From positions 1 to 46,539 of the IMG/VR virus record IMGVR_UViG_3300044233_005065: 46,539 nucleotides of DNA; one strand, 5' to 3'. Origin of the DNA: a virus. Its lineage: Duplodnaviria; Caudoviricetes. Position numbers and translations under genes: made by a program. Shown here in pieces: positions 36,605 to 45,691 of this stretch. Every line of letters starts with the position of its first letter. The first letter of the stretch is position 1. The notes under the pieces were generated by a model. That model was not told the origin of the DNA. It saw nothing but the letters and a program-made list of their open reading frames with translations, and did not search any database.

Positions 36605-37363
36605 TCATTTATAAAATCCTCCCATGTCTTTTAGGTTAAATCGTTTTTTTATATCAGGCCATCCAGGGCTAATTATATTGCCAGAGATAGGTTGGCCTTC
36701 TCTTTTTTGCTTCTCTTTTTCTAGATGCTCGGGATACAGAGTCTCCGCTATCTTGGGGTTTATTATGGCATTCCAGTATATCTTTTCTGTTCTCATGCCT
36801 CTAGGTCCGGATATGTTATATACCCTATTGTCTTTGCCCTTAATTAAATCTGTTCCGGTACACTCAAAGTCCCAAGGAGACCATTCGGGTTTCAATAGTT
36901 GTAAAAGATAGTCTTTTCTCCAGAGTGAAGGCTGAATAGAAGAAATAAAATCGCTATAATCTTCAACCTTATAAACAAACCTGCCCTTGAACTTGTTGTG
37001 ATTTTTCATGTTATATTTCATTAGGTAAGAAAGCGGCTCTATCATTATTTTGTTTGCTTTTTTTTCTTCCATAAATTCTATGTATAAATCTATTTCTTCT
37101 TGTGTTATATGCTCTGTTAAAAAATAATCCTCAAGAACAAAGAACACATAATCTGTTTTAACTTCTTCTAAAGCGCTTATAATCCTGTTTGTCCAGCAAA
37201 TCTTCCCTGGCAGATGAGTGTCGTACCCATCAATTTCAGCGCGTTTGGTTTCAGAGACAAATATCTTTTTAGATTCCACAGACCAGTTAGCATTGCATAG
37301 CAAAGCAAAGTTTTCCCATAAAAAACAATAAGAATCGCAAGTGCCTATTAGCATAGTTATCAT
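36605..37363 (-). CDS. Putative GT-A-fold glycosyltransferase-like protein
   Basis: TCDSY..LW, WTNRIISALEEVKTDYVFFVLEDYFL, QPSLWRK, SPWDFE. Confidence 0.6.
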   Translation of the reverse strand: MITMLIGTCDSYCFLWENFALLCNANWSVESKKIFVSETKRAEIDGYDTHLPGKICWTNRIISALEEVKTDYVFFVLEDYFLTEHITQEEIDLYIEFMEEKKANKIMIEPLSYLMKYNMKNHNKFKGRFVYKVEDYSDFISSIQPSLWRKDYLLQLLKPEWSPWDFECTGTDLIKGKDNRVYNISGPRGMRTEKIYWNAIINPKIAETLYPEHLEKEKQKREGQPISGNIISPGWPDIKKRFNLKDMGGFYK

Positions 37364-38940
37364 TTTCTTACTAACAACTCCTCGTCCGCAAAGTAAAGAT
37401 AGTCAATGTCTGTTTGTGCAAAACAGGCTATTGCATGCTCTGGTGTTTCAACTATAGGCTCCCTGTCATTAAAACTGGTATTCAGGACTATAGGAACCCC
37501 GCTATACTCTTTGAATTTTTTAATAAAGTTATAGTACCATGGATTGTCTTTTTCTGTAACCGTTTGTAGTCTACCAGTGCCATCCAAATGCACAACCGCA
37601 GGAACTTTTTCAACAACAGACTTTTTGAATTTTATAACGGCTGTCATGTACGGGCAATCAACGTCTTTTTCAAACCAATCAGAAACATCTTCTCTAAGAA
37701 CAGATGGAGCGAAAGGCCTAAACCATTGTCTGTGCTTAACTTTTTCATTTATGATGTCTTTCATGTTTGGGCTTCTAGGGTCCGCTAGAATACTTCTGTT
37801 TCCTAGAGCTCTTCTTCCAGACTCGGAGCCGCCAGCAAAAACCGATATGATATTGTCATCCTTTGACAGTAACTTAGCTGCATCATCGTTAGAAAAGCTG
37901 TCTTCGCAATGAAATCCAGACGACTGAATAGCTGAAAGTATATGTTGTCTAGAATACTTTTTGCCAAGATATGGGGATGCATTATCCTGCCAGTCAATCC
38001 TCGGGTTTCCTAATACGTGGTGGTAAACATATTGTGCTGCTCCTATAGCTAATCCAGCATCATAGGGTACTGGGCATACATATATATTTTCTATTTGTGG
38101 ATACCAGTCATACATTTTGCCGACCATTACAGAATTAAGAACAACTCCGCCTGATAAACATAGATTTTTATAAGGGTATCTTTCGACATAAGTGTCTAAA
38201 ATACTTTTTGTAATTTTCTCTGTTGCCCTTTGGAGTCCGGCGGCGATGTCAAACATTTCTTGTTCGCCTTTCAACGCTTGTTGTCTTAATGCTTTAAAGT
38301 TTATACCCTTATAATCTCTAAGCCCGCTGTCATAAAAGTGTTTCCAGTATTTGTTTGCGTCTCCCATGCAAGCCATAGCCATTACAGTTCCAGCCTGATT
38401 TCCTTTTGGATAACCGCCAGAAAGACCAAATATCTGTTTTGTACACTCCGTCCAAGACACGCCAATGTTCACTACATTTCCAGGAAGTATTTGTATTTTA
38501 TTTACTTTTGTCCCTGTTCCTTCCCATGCAGTGAAGGTTGCTATAACCTCTTCTTTGTCGATGCCGTAATCCCTTCCTCCACCATCAATACTTACTATCA
38601 ACGCTTCGTCGAAATTGCTAGAGAAAAAGGCATTTGCTGCATGTGATTCGTGATGTCCTGGTATAAAATAATCGCCACCATTTTGGTTAGCTATGGACAT
38701 CATTTTGCTTAGAGTTTCTGGATATCTTTTCTCAATGCCTCCGTTGTATGTGTCGAAGCAATGAGCAAAGTGTTTTATGTCGCTGTGTTCTTCATAGCTG
38801 TCAAACATAAACCCAATGGAATCTCCAAGAGGTTCCTTCTCTCTGGTAAATCTTTCTAGCTCGTTGTGCAATACTGGTATTCCGTCCTTTAGTATTGCAT
38901 ATGCACAGTCATGTCCAGAGCAGAATCCGGCTACTTTCAT
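37360..38940 (-). CDS. Carbamoyltransferase, NodU/CmcH/TobZ family
   Basis: GHDCA, ELERFTREK, HHESHAANAF, SIDGGG, LSGGVVLN, DAGLAIGAA, RALGNRSILADPR, VKHRQWFRPFAP, VHLDGTGRLQTV, LNTSFN. Confidence 0.93.
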   Translation of the reverse strand: MKVAGFCSGHDCAYAILKDGIPVLHNELERFTREKEPLGDSIGFMFDSYEEHSDIKHFAHCFDTYNGGIEKRYPETLSKMMSIANQNGGDYFIPGHHESHAANAFFSSNFDEALIVSIDGGGRDYGIDKEEVIATFTAWEGTGTKVNKIQILPGNVVNIGVSWTECTKQIFGLSGGYPKGNQAGTVMAMACMGDANKYWKHFYDSGLRDYKGINFKALRQQALKGEQEMFDIAAGLQRATEKITKSILDTYVERYPYKNLCLSGGVVLNSVMVGKMYDWYPQIENIYVCPVPYDAGLAIGAAQYVYHHVLGNPRIDWQDNASPYLGKKYSRQHILSAIQSSGFHCEDSFSNDDAAKLLSKDDNIISVFAGGSESGRRALGNRSILADPRSPNMKDIINEKVKHRQWFRPFAPSVLREDVSDWFEKDVDCPYMTAVIKFKKSVVEKVPAVVHLDGTGRLQTVTEKDNPWYYNFIKKFKEYSGVPIVLNTSFNDREPIVETPEHAIACFAQTDIDYLYFADEELLVRK

Positions 38941-39803
38941 TAAATCATCTCCATTATTTCTTCTACTGTGAACATCTCAACTTCATTTGAATAAGGGCCA
39001 TCATCAATAATTTTTTCGTGCAAATTTTCTCCTGGCTGCAATCCGATGGCGTTTGTTTGTAGCTTTGCCCCTTTAGGAGAGTATTTTTTGTGCATTGCAA
39101 GGAGGAGGTCTCCAATAGTCATGGCCTTCATATCTGGGACGAAAGGCTTAGAATCCTTTGCGTCTCTTAAGCATTGAAATATTAAATCAACAGCCTGTTC
39201 CCTAGTCCAAAAAAATCTGGTGGCGTTTGGGTCCGTTATTGTCACCGACATTCCTTTTTGTAATAGTGATTTCCACTTGCACAAAACAGAGCCAGTAGAA
39301 TATAGAACATTTCCATATCTTACTATTCTGTATTTAATAGATGGGTTTATTTTTTCAAATTGAGAAAATACCCTTTCCATCAAGAGCTTGGTTGCTCCGT
39401 AAACGCCAGAAACTTGAGCGGCCTTGTCAGTGCTAATACCAATAACAAAATCAATTTCTTTCCTGGTAAGTGTTTCGTGCAGTATATTTAAAGAGCCCGT
39501 TACGTTAGTTCTTGTGCATTCATTCGGAAGACGTTCGGCCATTCCAACATGCTTAAATGCGGCCAAATGAAACACACCCATAACGCCACTCAACGATTGG
39601 ACAACATCTACTTTATTGCAAACATCTCCAGTTACAATATGTATGTCTGAATTGAATTTTTGTTGAAGCTCTATTAGCTTACCTTCGTTTCTTGACATTG
39701 CCCTGACGCGGCCGCCCCTAGAAAGTATTTCTCCGACAAGAGATTCACCTAAAAAGCCGCTTGCTCCAGTGACTAGATAAATATGATTTCTTTTTATGTT
39801 CAT
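38940..39803 (-). CDS. UDP-GlcNAc 4,6-dehydratase-like SDR (PseB/CapD, Polysacc_synt_2 family)
   Basis: VTGASGFLG, HLAAFKHV, ISTDKA, YGATK, RYGNVLYSTGSV, ITDPNATRF, GENLHE. Confidence 0.9.
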   Translation of the reverse strand: MNIKRNHIYLVTGASGFLGESLVGEILSRGGRVRAMSRNEGKLIELQQKFNSDIHIVTGDVCNKVDVVQSLSGVMGVFHLAAFKHVGMAERLPNECTRTNVTGSLNILHETLTRKEIDFVIGISTDKAAQVSGVYGATKLLMERVFSQFEKINPSIKYRIVRYGNVLYSTGSVLCKWKSLLQKGMSVTITDPNATRFFWTREQAVDLIFQCLRDAKDSKPFVPDMKAMTIGDLLLAMHKKYSPKGAKLQTNAIGLQPGENLHEKIIDDGPYSNEVEMFTVEEIMEMI

Positions 39804-40832
39804 TTATACACCTGGGTCTTTATAATAATCTATTGTATGTCCTTCATGAGTGTCTTCGGCTATAACTGTGTCAATACCACATTTCCTGGTTTTGTCCGCC
39901 ATGTACTGACATATCGTGTATGGCTCTCCTGTTTTTGGGTTTATTTTACCAGATGGATGAGGCGTTTTACCGTAGTGGCAAAAGCTGTTGCATTTCCACC
40001 GATTGTATCCTGTGAGTAGCTGTGGTCTTTTAACCTCTCTGATTTGTTCAAATCTTTTTCTAAGCATTTCTTTTGTAGCTTCTATGTCTGATTGGTCATA
40101 AGCCATGGTGAAAGGCCCGCCATCATTGATGAAATAGATGCTAGGAACTATTTGTCGAGCCTCTGGATATAGATGCGTTAAGGCGTAGTGATATATTCTT
40201 AGTTGAGGGTCGCCGCACAACTTCCAAAAGTCTTTTATTTCTCCGGTTGCCCAATCTTTTCTCATGCCTGTCTTCCAATCGGTTGCTTCATACACACCAT
40301 TGCCAGCATCAGTGATAAGGTCAACTGTGCCCTTTATAGAAAGGTTGCCATGTACCCTTGAACCATCTGGCATGATGTAATCGTATTCAGCCCAAGGCTC
40401 ATCAATTGTGATGTCAAAGTGTGGTTCAGCATCAACAATCTTTCTTTTCCTTGGGTCGTAAGCCCCATCGGAATATTCAATAGCTTTCCAAGCCCATTTC
40501 TCACAATCTTTATAATCCCTGTTTGTGAAATCGTGTACAGATTTTTGTGTATAATAATCGAAAGACTCTCTGCTGAGTTCGTTGACAAATGCATCCTCAT
40601 AAAGTCTGTTTGTGGGCTTTGCCCCTAGAACATCGTCAAAAAATGTAGCAATTCCATCTTGCTCCGCTTTTTTGCCGTGAGCCAAACATTCCATCACTTT
40701 ATGTACAACCGTCCCTTTCTCTGCTTTCTTCCCACCTGGAGACGGTATCCCTAGAACATACGTAAGAAAGTATTGCTGAGGACACATGCCATAGGCATTA
40801 AATGAACTGCTTCTAAAGTAGGTTATAATCAT
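39804..40832 (-). CDS. Cas4/RecB-like PD-(D/E)XK exonuclease with a probable Fe-S cluster
   Basis: CPQQY, GTVVHKVME, KGTVDLI, DWKTG, QLRIYHYA, C-terminal CNSFC...C. Confidence 0.85.
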   Translation of the reverse strand: MIITYFRSSSFNAYGMCPQQYFLTYVLGIPSPGGKKAEKGTVVHKVMECLAHGKKAEQDGIATFFDDVLGAKPTNRLYEDAFVNELSRESFDYYTQKSVHDFTNRDYKDCEKWAWKAIEYSDGAYDPRKRKIVDAEPHFDITIDEPWAEYDYIMPDGSRVHGNLSIKGTVDLITDAGNGVYEATDWKTGMRKDWATGEIKDFWKLCGDPQLRIYHYALTHLYPEARQIVPSIYFINDGGPFTMAYDQSDIEATKEMLRKRFEQIREVKRPQLLTGYNRWKCNSFCHYGKTPHPSGKINPKTGEPYTICQYMADKTRKCGIDTVIAEDTHEGHTIDYYKDPGV

Positions 40833-41596
40833 TTTAATGGCGTTGCTACTGCTTTGTAGTCAACGAAATTCCAATCAACCAATTTGTTGTAAACGGCTTC
40901 GTTTTGTTCCTGTAGGGACATTTTTTGGTTATCCAGAACAAAGTCAAAGCCCTCGTAGTCATCCAAAGCTGTTTCGCTTGGGTGTTGGTCGCTATCTCCA
41001 AAAATATTCCTTGTAAGTCTTATTACTTTTCCTCCAGCGTCTTGTATGCCTTTCACTTCATTTTCAAACCTACAGTCAACAATAATAGCCAACTTAGGCT
41101 TTTCTCTCTTGATTTTTCTGATTGTAGAGTCAACCCACACTTGAGGGTATATTCTCCTGAAGAAGTCTGTGCCAACATACTGCATGACCTCTCTGGCAGT
41201 CATTTTTCGACTTCTCATTGTATCAAAAACACAGTCTTGTAAGTTAATGTGGATGAGAGAGCTTTTTTCTTCTTCCGTTCCGTAGCACTGCTGTTCAGTT
41301 AGGCCGAGAACATCTATACAGATTCGCTTAAGATTATCTGCAAAGCTATAGACTTTAACTTCTGACCAAATATTTTCTGACATAAAATTAATCATTGCCT
41401 GATTCATGCTGTCAATCGGGAAGATAGAAGGCCTAGTCTCGTCTCCAAAGTCGAATGGAACGATAAGCTGTCCCTGTGGGCTTATGTGTGCGTATTCCAC
41501 CAAGTCTATAGAGAGCATTGCAGAGCCGAACAAAAAATTCCCACAACTGGTTTTACCAGATTGTTTTTTACCTGAAATTGCAACTATACTAGACAC
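40829..41596 (-). CDS. Deoxynucleoside monophosphate kinase (T4 gp1-like)
   Basis: ISGKKQSGKT, FADNLK, TAREVMQYVGTD, DCRFENE, HPSE. Confidence 0.88.
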   Translation of the reverse strand: MSSIVAISGKKQSGKTSCGNFLFGSAMLSIDLVEYAHISPQGQLIVPFDFGDETRPSIFPIDSMNQAMINFMSENIWSEVKVYSFADNLKRICIDVLGLTEQQCYGTEEEKSSLIHINLQDCVFDTMRSRKMTAREVMQYVGTDFFRRIYPQVWVDSTIRKIKREKPKLAIIVDCRFENEVKGIQDAGGKVIRLTRNIFGDSDQHPSETALDDYEGFDFVLDNQKMSLQEQNEAVYNKLVDWNFVDYKAVATPLK

Positions 41597-42753
41597 TAGA
41601 TAGCCCTTTCTATTATCGGTTTTATTTCTGATGTAATCTCGTCGGAGTTTAATCCTCCAACGTCGTCGTTAATTTTGGGGAAGTACATTCTATACTGCCT
41701 TCCTAGCTGTGATTTAAGTTTTTCGCACCCCTCTCTTCCAGCTTTGTCTGGGTCTAGCAGAACAATTAGTGATAATGCTCCAGCCCTATCTAAGAGAACT
41801 CTTTGTGGGTCTGTTAGGTCGGTGCCAAAAAGGCCTAGACCAATATGTATGCCGTTTTCTTCAAGCCTCCAAACATCTCCTGCTCCTTCTACTAAAATAG
41901 CAACCCCGCTATCTTTGATTTTTTCTGCTGCAAACCAGTAGTTGTAAAGGTAATTTGTAGACTTAAAATCACCATTTAACCACTTTTCACACTCTTTTAC
42001 TTCGTAGCTTGTTTTGGGACAGCCCTTTTCTGGGTCATGCCATTTTCCACAAGACTCACATTGAGGCCATATAGACCTTCCTAAGAAACCGGTTACGTAT
42101 TTGTAAGCGTCATCATATACAGGCACAACAACCCTGTTACGTTTATTATACAATCCGACATCATACTTGTCAAGCACCTCTTTCGAGTATCCTCTTTGCA
42201 GGTAGTAATTGCATGGTATTTCAAGCGTGGACCGGAGCTTCTCCCTGCTCCAGCCGCTATTCGCCTGCTTTGGGGCTAGACTTAGCTTTTTCATGGAAGA
42301 TACATACTTTCTTCTTTCAAGCGAAGCCGAATCGGGTTTCTTTACTTCTTTAATTGACTCGTAGCCAAGGAAGTCTAGCATAGCGTCTATTGCTTCTTTG
42401 TATGTTACAAACTCACCCTCTCCTTTTCGGTGGGAAAGAACACCTCTAACAAAACCTATGATTGTTGAGCCGTATAGAAGTCGGTCGTTTTCTGATTTCT
42501 TTTTTTCGCAGTGATGAGTTCTGCAAACCCAATACCCTCTAACATCGTCTCCTTCTGGGTATAAGTTCCACGCGCTAAGATTATCGCCACCATGCACAGG
42601 GCATGGACCCACAAGCATTTTACCGTTCCTTCTATAATCTACGCCAAGATAGGTCATTAGTTCGTCTATACTGGCGCACGCCATGTCCTTTATTTCTTCT
42701 ATTAGGTCATAGTCAAAATAAGGGTCGTTTTTATCTATCATGCGATTCACCAA
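41596..42753 (-). CDS. dnaG: DNA primase (DnaG-like: Zn-binding domain + TOPRIM)
   Basis: CPVHGGDN...CRTHHC, YYLQRG, RVVVPV, GFLGR, ILVEGAGD, LLDPDKAG. Confidence 0.88.
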   Translation of the reverse strand: MVNRMIDKNDPYFDYDLIEEIKDMACASIDELMTYLGVDYRRNGKMLVGPCPVHGGDNLSAWNLYPEGDDVRGYWVCRTHHCEKKKSENDRLLYGSTIIGFVRGVLSHRKGEGEFVTYKEAIDAMLDFLGYESIKEVKKPDSASLERRKYVSSMKKLSLAPKQANSGWSREKLRSTLEIPCNYYLQRGYSKEVLDKYDVGLYNKRNRVVVPVYDDAYKYVTGFLGRSIWPQCESCGKWHDPEKGCPKTSYEVKECEKWLNGDFKSTNYLYNYWFAAEKIKDSGVAILVEGAGDVWRLEENGIHIGLGLFGTDLTDPQRVLLDRAGALSLIVLLDPDKAGREGCEKLKSQLGRQYRMYFPKINDDVGGLNSDEITSEIKPIIERAI

Positions 42754-44221
42754 AAGGAATGTCGTCTATTTCATCCGAAACGTTTTCTGGCTGTGGGTTT
42801 ATGCCTTGTTCTCGCTCTCTCTTTAGTTTCAGCTTTGTTTTCCCCTCTTCTATGCGAGCTTTAGCACCTTCCATCTTCATGTTGATGTAATCTCCTCTGC
42901 TCATTCCTGGTCCGTGCCTGTGCTTAATGATAACCAGTTTGTGTGTTCCGTCTTCTGGGTCAGATGCCTGAATTTCCTCATCACTCTTAGGTTTAAAAAT
43001 AGAGAAGTTAGTGGTCAGCCACATTACTCTATCAGAGCCAGCAACAACGTCAGCCGTCTCCTTGTCAATACCGTCACGATTTAGTTGAATCATGGTGAAT
43101 ATGGGAACGTCGTTTCTTACGGCTAGGTTGTGAAGAGAGGTCATCATGAATCCAAGAACTTGATACTCCTGAACACCAGCCTTCAAGTCCTCTCCGTTAG
43201 TCAGCTTCACGTAATCATAAATAATCATACAGTCTTTGGTGCGGCCATCGTCCTCAAAGCCAACAGTCTTGTGTATCCATCTTCTCATTATCGAAAGGGT
43301 TTCCTCAAACGGTATTCCAGACACATTGATATAGTCAATGGGGAGCTTTTCGATTTTGTCTAGAGCCTCCTCAATCCTTTTTCTCTCAGAGAAGTTTTCC
43401 CCACACTTGCCGCTCTCTAGGTCGTTAATTGTTACGTCTGCGTAATTTGCTCCAAGACGATACCAATGGTCTTCGTCGCTCATTTCTGTATCAAGGTAAA
43501 GAACCGGAACATCAAGCTCTGCTAAGTGTTTAGCCAGATTGTCAGAAAGCATACTCTTTCCCACGCCGCTTCTTGCACCTATCATGCTAACGGCTTTTCT
43601 CCTGCATCCTCCACCAATAGCTTCATTGTATGTAGGCCAAGGAGTAGGCAGTCCGATAACGTCCCTGGGATTATCGAGCTTATCCATGATATGCTCTCTC
43701 ATTCCAGTAGCCAATCTTTGGGGGTCGGTTCCAGAAGCGTTAGTTAGCTTGCTTGTAAAGTCAAAGATACACTTCTCTGCTATACCAAGAATATGCTCTA
43801 TTGGCTCATCTCCTCCTACTTCTGTGAGGGATGAATCAGCCTCTTTCATTTGCTGACGAAGCATCCTAGCCACCTCAAGCCTGCTTATTTTAGCAGCGAA
43901 GTTCCTTACATTCTCTAGTAAGATGTGAGTGTTGAAGATGCTGTTTAGGTGGTTTATCTCGTCCTTTTGCTCTACAAGCCAGCTATATCCTAAGTCTTTG
44001 GCCGCAGAAAATACGGAAGACTCATCTAGTTGCTTTACATCCTTTTCTTCAAAGAGGTGTGAGAAGCACTTATAGATGGCCTGATTAGACCTGTCTGTAA
44101 AAGACATGGGCGATAGCATTGGAGCTATGTCCAAATACGCATCGACCCCGTAAGAATAAAGGCCCGCAAGAACCGCTCTTTCCGCAGCAACGTTTCTGTT
44201 ATCTTGCTCAACCTCTGGCAC
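42731..44221 (-). CDS. dnaB: Replicative DNA helicase (DnaB family)
   Basis: AERAVLAG, GARSGVGKS (Walker A), YLDTEM, IIYDYVKL, QLNRDG, IKHRHG; start placed at GTG 44221 to avoid an 83-bp overlap. Confidence 0.92.
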   Translation of the reverse strand: MPEVEQDNRNVAAERAVLAGLYSYGVDAYLDIAPMLSPMSFTDRSNQAIYKCFSHLFEEKDVKQLDESSVFSAAKDLGYSWLVEQKDEINHLNSIFNTHILLENVRNFAAKISRLEVARMLRQQMKEADSSLTEVGGDEPIEHILGIAEKCIFDFTSKLTNASGTDPQRLATGMREHIMDKLDNPRDVIGLPTPWPTYNEAIGGGCRRKAVSMIGARSGVGKSMLSDNLAKHLAELDVPVLYLDTEMSDEDHWYRLGANYADVTINDLESGKCGENFSERKRIEEALDKIEKLPIDYINVSGIPFEETLSIMRRWIHKTVGFEDDGRTKDCMIIYDYVKLTNGEDLKAGVQEYQVLGFMMTSLHNLAVRNDVPIFTMIQLNRDGIDKETADVVAGSDRVMWLTTNFSIFKPKSDEEIQASDPEDGTHKLVIIKHRHGPGMSRGDYINMKMEGAKARIEEGKTKLKLKREREQGINPQPENVSDEIDDIPFGESHDR

Positions 44222-44834
44222 GACGCCCCTTTCGTGTGCTGCACGTATTGCAGGTCCAAGTGTTTTCGGATTTACGCTTCGAGTATCCAAATGCTAGGGC
44301 GGGAGATATCTTTTGATTTTCACCGCAAGAAGAGCAAGTTGCGTCAATAAGAGATGTGTCTTTCATTCCCAATTCTTTTCGCCTGTTTCTCGGTGTTATC
44401 TTGACGTTCTTGTTATTTCCCGTCAAGGGTTCTCCTGTCTCTGGGTCAGTAAGAGACTCGCTCATATCGTCAACAAAACCCTCTTCGCTGACCCCAACAA
44501 CGTTTTTTAATGGCCTTGAACCTACGGGCTCAGACCTCATTCTCCTGCCAGTCGTGTCTGTATTCTGTGTTCTTGGCGGAGCAGTGAAATCATTATACAT
44601 AGACTCCCTGTGATTGTCAACCGCTGTTTCTTCTGTTGGTTTTTCTCCCAGTATCTCTTCCATATCAAAGTTTTTAGATAGGATGTCCTCTTCCTCTGCT
44701 TCCTCTTCAGCAGGCTCGGTCTCGGCATCTGGGACAGATAGGGGCTCTCCGGTAATGTTTGTGTATAAGCCACAGATTATCTTCCAATCTTGTTCTTCGA
44801 CGGCTATTTTTAGTATTTCTGTGAAATCAGGCAT
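44208..44834 (-). CDS. Hypothetical acidic protein with a C-terminal Zn-ribbon (CSSC...CNTC)
   Basis: Coupled ORF with a gaggt RBS, directly upstream of the helicase. Confidence 0.75.
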   Translation of the reverse strand: MPDFTEILKIAVEEQDWKIICGLYTNITGEPLSVPDAETEPAEEEAEEEDILSKNFDMEEILGEKPTEETAVDNHRESMYNDFTAPPRTQNTDTTGRRMRSEPVGSRPLKNVVGVSEEGFVDDMSESLTDPETGEPLTGNNKNVKITPRNRRKELGMKDTSLIDATCSSCGENQKISPALAFGYSKRKSENTWTCNTCSTRKGRRARG

Positions 44835-45315
44835 AGTTTTGACCTCTCTTTATCTCTTGATATTTGGTTAGCTTATCAGCCTGCGCTCTTAAGGAGGTGG
44901 GTAGGTATTGTAGCCGTGAGTGATAACTAGATGCTTCGTCTGCTATTTGCTGTAACCTTTCCGCAACATCATCTTGCTTTACCGCATAAGCTCTCTTTAG
45001 TTCGTTCTCCATATATCGTGTGATTTGATTTTTGATTATTGGCGCTATTATTTGATTTATTTTTCTGTTGCACCAATCTATCTTTGATTGTAAGACATTA
45101 ATCTGAGATTGCACAAACGTCGCCTCCTGCACAAGTAAGTATGCTCCTTCAGCGCATTCCTGTTCCGAAAGCTTGTTTAGCAACATCGGTTTTATATTTA
45201 TCCATCTATTAACTTCTGTGGGGCCTAAAGAACCAAGCCCTACAGCAACCTCAAACTGCTTTAGGGCTTTCTCTACTTGTTCCCACCTCTCATCAAGACT
45301 CTGATATGATGTCAT
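44827..45315 (-). CDS. Helical protein, possibly a UvsY-like recombination mediator
   Basis: All-helical coiled-coil character (ELKRAYAVKQDDVAERLQ...), ~160 aa, two genes from the recombinase; the UvsY call is an inference. Confidence 0.45.
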   Translation of the reverse strand: MTSYQSLDERWEQVEKALKQFEVAVGLGSLGPTEVNRWINIKPMLLNKLSEQECAEGAYLLVQEATFVQSQINVLQSKIDWCNRKINQIIAPIIKNQITRYMENELKRAYAVKQDDVAERLQQIADEASSYHSRLQYLPTSLRAQADKLTKYQEIKRGQNYA

Positions 45316-45691
45316 CCCAATCATTAACCTTATTATATGGTAAAACTATATATTTAATATTATTCATGTCGCACCAACCCTCTTTCTTAGAGTCATTTTG
45401 CTTTGACTTGGCAAAGCCCCATCTGTCCTCATGAAAGTGGGCAACGAACTCATAGTGCTGTCTGCCGTGGACTTCAACAACAGCTTTCCTGTGGGGGAGG
45501 TAAAAGTCTGCGTATTGCTGTGTCCCTGGCAGAGGCACTTCTTCTAGTATTCTTTGGGTTGGATAGAGTTCTCTGAGCAATCTTCTGGCGTGTAAGTGTA
45601 TCTCGCTTCTCTTTCGGCCATCGTCCAAATCAGGCTGGTGGCCTGTTGGTGGAAAGTTATGTTCTCTTCCGTTAAAGTCTACTACCTTCAT
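45293..45691 (-). CDS. Small PD-(D/E)XK (DUF559/Vsr-like) nuclease
   Basis: ILEEVPLPG...ADFYLP...VVEVHGRQHY...DSKKEGWC. Confidence 0.75.
   Translation of the reverse strand: MKVVDFNGREHNFPPTGHQPDLDDGRKRSEIHLHARRLLRELYPTQRILEEVPLPGTQQYADFYLPHRKAVVEVHGRQHYEFVAHFHEDRWGFAKSKQNDSKKEGWCDMNNIKYIVLPYNKVNDWDDIISES

Noticed and set aside
39804-40832. Cas4-like gene as evidence of a CRISPR-Cas locus
   Set aside because: No repeat-spacer array or other cas genes are present; stand-alone Cas4/RecB-like nucleases are common in phage replication modules.
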